The notes under the pieces: generated by a model
What the model saw: only the letters and a program-made list of their open reading frames with translations
Told to the model about the DNA's origin: nothing
Databases searched by the model: none
Translations under genes and position numbers: made by a program
Part shown: positions 60,005 through 64,000 of the stretch, piece after piece
How the letters are laid out: each line of letters opens with the position of its first letter
Position numbering within the stretch: position 1 is the stretch's first letter
Source: Patescibacteria group bacterium
GTDB taxonomy: Bacteria; Patescibacteriota; WWE3; 2-01-FULL-39-13
Direction of reading: 5' to 3'
Assembly (NCBI GenBank): GCA_048499955.1
Contig: JASNYX010000005.1
Coordinates: forward strand, 27,401-91,400
DNA: 64,000 nt

Positions 60005-60045
60005 TTTCCAAGTAGAATTTCACCTGATATATAATAAGTTAATAG

Positions 60046-61752
60046 ATGAAATTATCTGCATTACTTCTACCGATTCTTATTGCTCTATCCTTAGCACTAC
60101 CTCAACCGACTCAAGCACAAGAAGAAATACTTCGATATCACGTTAACCTAAATGTTTTCCCCGATGCCAAAGTGCAAATCACGGAAGAAATTGACTATTA
60201 TTTTGGCACAAACCAAAGACACGGAATATTCAGAGAAATTCCATACATCATAAGTGACAAAAACGGCAATAAGTTCATGCTGGACATCAAAGTCGGCGAA
60301 GTTTACGCACATAGCCCACATAACAGAGATTTAGTACCTTATGAAACATACTATTCCGACGAGAACTTAATTATAAAAATTGGTGATCCAAATAAAACAA
60401 TTTCAGGTGCCCGAAATTACTATATTAGCTATGAAGTGAAAGGCTCTATAAGCTATTTTGAAGATCATGACGAATTATACTGGAACGTAATCGGCACAAA
60501 CTGGACAGTCCCGATTTCAGGAGCATCAGTTGCTCTGGACTTTTCAAAACTCACACAAGATCAAAATGTGATCGATAACATTGAGGTTATATGTTTTACG
60601 GGCCCAGATAGTAGCACAAGCCAAGATTGCGGAGTAATTAAAGGTGACCAACGATACAATATAGTCCCTAATAATCAACTTCAGCCAAACGAAGGTCTAA
60701 CCTTTGCCGCATCATTTCCTAAGGGCTTAGTAGAAATATATGAACCCAAACCATATAAATCTTGGTCAGGTATCAGCCTACGAACTTGGATAATTATTGT
60801 CGCAAATGTGGTACTTTCCATGGGAATATTCCTTCTATGGTTTCTGAGAGGTCGAGACCCTTCAAACAAAAAAATAATCCTGAGGATGTACGATTCGCCA
60901 AAAGATGATAGAGGCCAAGAACTTTCACCTTTAGAACTGGGAACAGTCGTAGATGAGAAAATCCACCCACGGGATATTTCCGCAGAAATCATAAATCTTG
61001 CCATAAAAAAGTACCTCGTTATTGAGGACATCGAGCACGATATTCTTAAAATCGTTAAAATTAGAAATACTAAGCTGATGAAAGGCCCTATGTTGATAGA
61101 TGACCCTAAAATGAACGGCCTTAAACCTCACCAAAAAGAATTGCTAAGGGCTTTTGAAGTCCACGAAAAGGAAGAAGTATATCTGAAAGATCTAAAGGTC
61201 AGTCTCCCAAGCCGAATACAAACATTACAGAAAAATCTCTATGAAAAACTTACGGCAGATGGGTATTTCAAATCAAACCCTCAAACAGTTCGAATGGTTT
61301 ACCTTGGAATTGGCTTTGCACTCTCCTTCGTTTGGCTCTATTTACCAAGTGTACTAATGGTAGTGTTTTCATTTTTCATGCCACGTCGAACAGAAAAAGG
61401 AGTAGAAGCCAAAAGACATGGCCTTGGTCTTAAGCAATTTCTGGATTCACAAGATCGACAGTTTGAATTTCAGGAAAAGAATCTATACATGTTCGAAAAG
61501 TTACTTCCCTATGCAATTTCATTTGGTGTCGCGAAAATATGGGCTTCAAAATTTAATGATTTATATGACTATATGCCCGAATGGTATTCTTCGAATACTA
61601 TGACTAGTTTCAATACCACAAGCTTCACTCGTGACCTCGAAACCAATTTAGGATCATTTCAAAGCAACTATTCGGCGAGCACCAGTAAATCAGGCTTTAG
61701 TGGAGGTAGCTCCGGAGGTGGTGGCGGTGGAGGCGGCGGGGGGAGTTGGTAA
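60046..61752 (+). CDS. DUF2207-like membrane protein with poly-Gly C-terminus
   Basis: Signal peptide, large ectodomain, central TM helices, and a tail 'GFSGGSSGGGGGGGGGGSW' characteristic of DUF2207 proteins. Confidence 0.5.
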   Translation: MKLSALLLPILIALSLALPQPTQAQEEILRYHVNLNVFPDAKVQITEEIDYYFGTNQRHGIFREIPYIISDKNGNKFMLDIKVGEVYAHSPHNRDLVPYETYYSDENLIIKIGDPNKTISGARNYYISYEVKGSISYFEDHDELYWNVIGTNWTVPISGASVALDFSKLTQDQNVIDNIEVICFTGPDSSTSQDCGVIKGDQRYNIVPNNQLQPNEGLTFAASFPKGLVEIYEPKPYKSWSGISLRTWIIIVANVVLSMGIFLLWFLRGRDPSNKKIILRMYDSPKDDRGQELSPLELGTVVDEKIHPRDISAEIINLAIKKYLVIEDIEHDILKIVKIRNTKLMKGPMLIDDPKMNGLKPHQKELLRAFEVHEKEEVYLKDLKVSLPSRIQTLQKNLYEKLTADGYFKSNPQTVRMVYLGIGFALSFVWLYLPSVLMVVFSFFMPRRTEKGVEAKRHGLGLKQFLDSQDRQFEFQEKNLYMFEKLLPYAISFGVAKIWASKFNDLYDYMPEWYSSNTMTSFNTTSFTRDLETNLGSFQSNYSASTSKSGFSGGSSGGGGGGGGGGSW

Positions 61753-61871
61753 TTAACCTTCAAGTACCCGGTTTTTCGAGCAAAAAAAGTTCAAGTAATT
61801 GGTTCATTGCCAACAGGAAAAACATCGTGCTATAAACCGAATATAGTATATTTTATTCAACTACACATCCC

Positions 61872-61985
61872 ATGATCAAAAAAACAGAAATTCTAGGTTT
61901 CCAAGAATTCATAAAAAAAGTGCGAAGCATTGTAAAATCCAAATTTAATAGTGCTGCAACAACTTCCTGCAACCATACGAGCTAA
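61872..61985 (+). CDS. candidate 37-aa precursor-like peptide (Ser/Thr/Cys-rich C-terminus), not in ORF track
   Basis: Translation MIKKTEILGFQEFIKKVRSIVKSKFNSAATTSCNHTS, located 27 nt upstream of the kinase-fold gene. No clear SD, so its coding status is uncertain. Confidence 0.25.
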   Translation: MIKKTEILGFQEFIKKVRSIVKSKFNSAATTSCNHTS

Positions 61986-62012
61986 GCTAAATTCATTAAA
62001 GCAGGAAACAAC

Positions 62013-63404
62013 TTGAAAACATTTTCATCAAACGAAGATCTTCTATACTCGCAGATCAGGGATGTCATCAAAGAATCTCTACTACGAATAATAGACGGAG
62101 ATGTAATCCAATCATCCACAGACACAATCGTTTACGCTTTCTATGACCTTTTCATAATACAAATTCTAAATGCCTATTACGAATCAAACCCATCAAAAAT
62201 AACGGAAAACAACTTCGTCGAATTTATCAAACTGTATATCCTCAGCAAGAAATATGAGCAACTTTCGACAAATATAATATTCATTAACTTTTTAAAACAT
62301 ATTCATTCCGAACTGAATAAAGCCAAAGAAAATCTAAATTTAAATCTATCCGAAATAAAATTTATTGGAGATCCGCATAAAAACATATTTAAATTCAAAC
62401 ATGAGAATCACGTATATTACTCAAATATTCTGAAAGTTGAGAACTTTCTAAATCAATTCAGAGAAGACTTCCCTTATTTCCGAGATTACATTTTCGATTC
62501 ATCACTACAGAATGGTTATGTGAAAAGAAATTTCATTGAAATTTCCAAACATACGGATATCGAAGCCTACTATTTTAATCTAGGGAAAGTCACACCGCTT
62601 GTTTTAGCATTAAGACTCATTGATATAAATCACGAAAATATTTTGATAAATTCTGAAAGTCTGCCCCATCTTTTCGATATTGAATTTATATTCACACCAC
62701 TATATGAAACAGTCATAAAGAAATATAATTTATCGATTAGCTCTCTAATTAGCCTTGATAACAAGGATAACGCATCCGCGATACTTGGTGGTTCGGGAAA
62801 TATTCGGAGCTTCACTCGTCCGTTGCTGTACTTTGAAAAAGGTTTAATCAAAATTAAATGGGTGAAAGAAATTAAATCACAAGGACACAACCTTCCACCA
62901 AATCTTCATAAGCACCCAAACGAATACAGAGAACTGCTAATCGCCGGGTTTATAGAATCAACTAGCTACATCTCCGTAAATAAAAATAAGTTCAAGAAAC
63001 TGATCGTATCTTCTAATTTTCACAGCAGAACTTTATTACGACCAACATCGGTTTATCGATATGCATTACTAATGAGTGCATACGGAAGTTTGCAGGGCAA
63101 ATCTGCTCATGAATCAATTTCAGACGGGCTAAGTGATTTCAGGGCATATGATCCCGGCGAAATTTATGTAGACAAAGTATTTAAGGCAGAAATCTCTGAT
63201 CTTATGGACGGTCTAATCCCCTACTTTACTGTTGATATAAACAAAACCGATATTTATGGAAGCAACGGAGAGATTGTCGGTAAATTCAAAAAATCTCCAA
63301 TTAATTTTGAGTTGGAATGGCTGGATGAATTTGAAAAAAGCATGAAGAAAGAACTGATAACATTAAAAAGGTTTCTAACGGTAGATAGCAAGAAACATGT
63401 TTAA
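62013..63404 (+). CDS. kinase-fold protein resembling LanM dehydratase domain (DUF4135-like)
   Basis: Catalytic-loop-like 'LIDINHENILIN' (D-x4-N, compare ePK 'HRDLKPENIL') with a metal-binding Asp 18 residues later in 'LFDIEFIF' (compare DFG/DlE). No LanC cyclase domain. Confidence 0.4.
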   Translation: MKTFSSNEDLLYSQIRDVIKESLLRIIDGDVIQSSTDTIVYAFYDLFIIQILNAYYESNPSKITENNFVEFIKLYILSKKYEQLSTNIIFINFLKHIHSELNKAKENLNLNLSEIKFIGDPHKNIFKFKHENHVYYSNILKVENFLNQFREDFPYFRDYIFDSSLQNGYVKRNFIEISKHTDIEAYYFNLGKVTPLVLALRLIDINHENILINSESLPHLFDIEFIFTPLYETVIKKYNLSISSLISLDNKDNASAILGGSGNIRSFTRPLLYFEKGLIKIKWVKEIKSQGHNLPPNLHKHPNEYRELLIAGFIESTSYISVNKNKFKKLIVSSNFHSRTLLRPTSVYRYALLMSAYGSLQGKSAHESISDGLSDFRAYDPGEIYVDKVFKAEISDLMDGLIPYFTVDINKTDIYGSNGEIVGKFKKSPINFELEWLDEFEKSMKKELITLKRFLTVDSKKHV

Positions 63405-64000
63405 ACTGATGTCTTCCAGGCGGATAGATCACGTTTAAGAAGTAGTTCCAGTTTAGAAATATCAGATGCTAGCTGTTGTCGAAGTTTGTTTTCAGTATCC
63501 TTACTAAGTGGAGGGTAACTCTGATTTTTATGGAAAAACGACTTATATAAAAAACGTATCGGTGTATTAGTATTCAATAGGAAATTCAAAACTCCACCAA
63601 GATGCACTAATTCTATGATCGACATAACGCCACGAATATACTTCATTAACATCGGATAACGAATAACCTTAGTAGGGTTAATATGCTCGATTAAACACTT
63701 TGGTTTGAATTCAGAATCGATTCCTAAATATTCATACATGTTTTTAACCACTAATTCAGGACTATTTTTAATGTCGTCCAGAACGATAACATGTAAATGT
63801 TTTTCTTCAAAAATGTGCAAGCATCTTTCGATTAATGCTCCGAATTTTGCGTGATTAATTTCGTACAAGTCATCTGAACCGGCTTCCGTCAGTGCTTTTT
63901 CGAAGTCATCCGGAATCAAGTCATATGCATTTGAGAATTTCATGTACCAATATATGGAATATAAATATTTAACCGGATCACGAATGGCCAGTATCAATTT
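63401..64000 (-). CDS. sulfotransferase family protein, N-terminus beyond window (partial)
   Basis: 'IRDPVKYLYSIYWY' fits the sulfotransferase 3'-phosphate-binding helix motif (RDP..S). Frame is open to the window edge. Overlaps the upstream gene end by 4 nt. Confidence 0.45.
   Translation of the reverse strand, partial: KLILAIRDPVKYLYSIYWYMKFSNAYDLIPDDFEKALTEAGSDDLYEINHAKFGALIERCLHIFEEKHLHVIVLDDIKNSPELVVKNMYEYLGIDSEFKPKCLIEHINPTKVIRYPMLMKYIRGVMSIIELVHLGGVLNFLLNTNTPIRFLYKSFFHKNQSYPPLSKDTENKLRQQLASDISKLELLLKRDLSAWKTSV

Noticed and set aside
60046-61752. Gly-run at the 3' end of the DUF2207 gene as a possible nucleotide repeat or slippage tract
   Set aside because: The codons are mixed GGT/GGC/GGA/GGG rather than a homopolymer. 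It is a coding poly-Gly tail characteristic of the family.
1-64000. Alternative genetic code (TGA reassigned), suggested by the in-frame TGA in the AT3 gene
   Set aside because: Very long ORFs, including 2871 aa, 1153 aa and 860 aa, are uninterrupted under the standard code with Trp-rich regions. A single TGA is more likely a lesion or a local event.
1-64000. CRISPR arrays
   Set aside because: No regularly spaced direct repeats were seen on reading through. The repetitive stretches found are coding: the K/R/T/A repeats in 42101..42280 and the poly-Gly tail of the DUF2207 protein.

Overview
This 64-kb window is a low-GC (about one-third G+C by eye) bacterial chromosomal segment, densely coding on both strands.

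Housekeeping content:
- PHP-domain protein, cut at the 5' window edge.
- Sortase, class A PBP, archaeal-type TyrRS and ProRS.
- tRNA-Gln(UUG).
- t6A genes tsaC, tsaE and tsaD.
- ABC-F ATPase, Y-family polymerase, SPFH protein, NhaP-type antiporter.

Accessory content:
- (a) A serine-recombinase island immediately 3' of tRNA-Gln. It carries a frameshifted, truncated MmeI-family Type IIG restriction-enzyme remnant and several unknown genes.
- (b) A tight minus-strand operon DUF4956 - CotH kinase - VTC domain - OpgC-like acyltransferase-3, the last interrupted by an in-frame TGA.
- (c) A GH46 chitosanase divergent from a 1153-aa GH18-like / CE4 deacetylase / GT2 synthase fusion, plus an N-truncated GT2 paralog 7 kb away.
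- (d) A GC-enriched patch with a twin-arginine-signal HExxH protein and a secreted protein.
- (e) A thiol-disulfide module: VKOR, thioredoxin, CcdA-thioredoxin fusion.
- (f) A CHASE-like sensor kinase and two paralogous receiver-only response regulators bracketing a 2871-aa cyclic beta-1,2-glucan synthase-like giant (GT84+GH94).
- (g) At the 3' end, a candidate RiPP-like trio: a 37-aa Ser/Thr/Cys-rich peptide not in the ORF track, a kinase-fold protein resembling the LanM dehydratase domain, and a sulfotransferase truncated by the window edge.

Also present: an unannotated 59-aa histone-H1-like basic ORF, and a long inverted repeat in the tyrS leader that would occlude its Shine-Dalgarno.

Lineage cannot be assigned from sequence alone. 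Archaeal-type aaRS, a SWIB protein, sortase and small genes fit an uncultivated low-GC lineage (CPR-like is one possibility). This is inference.
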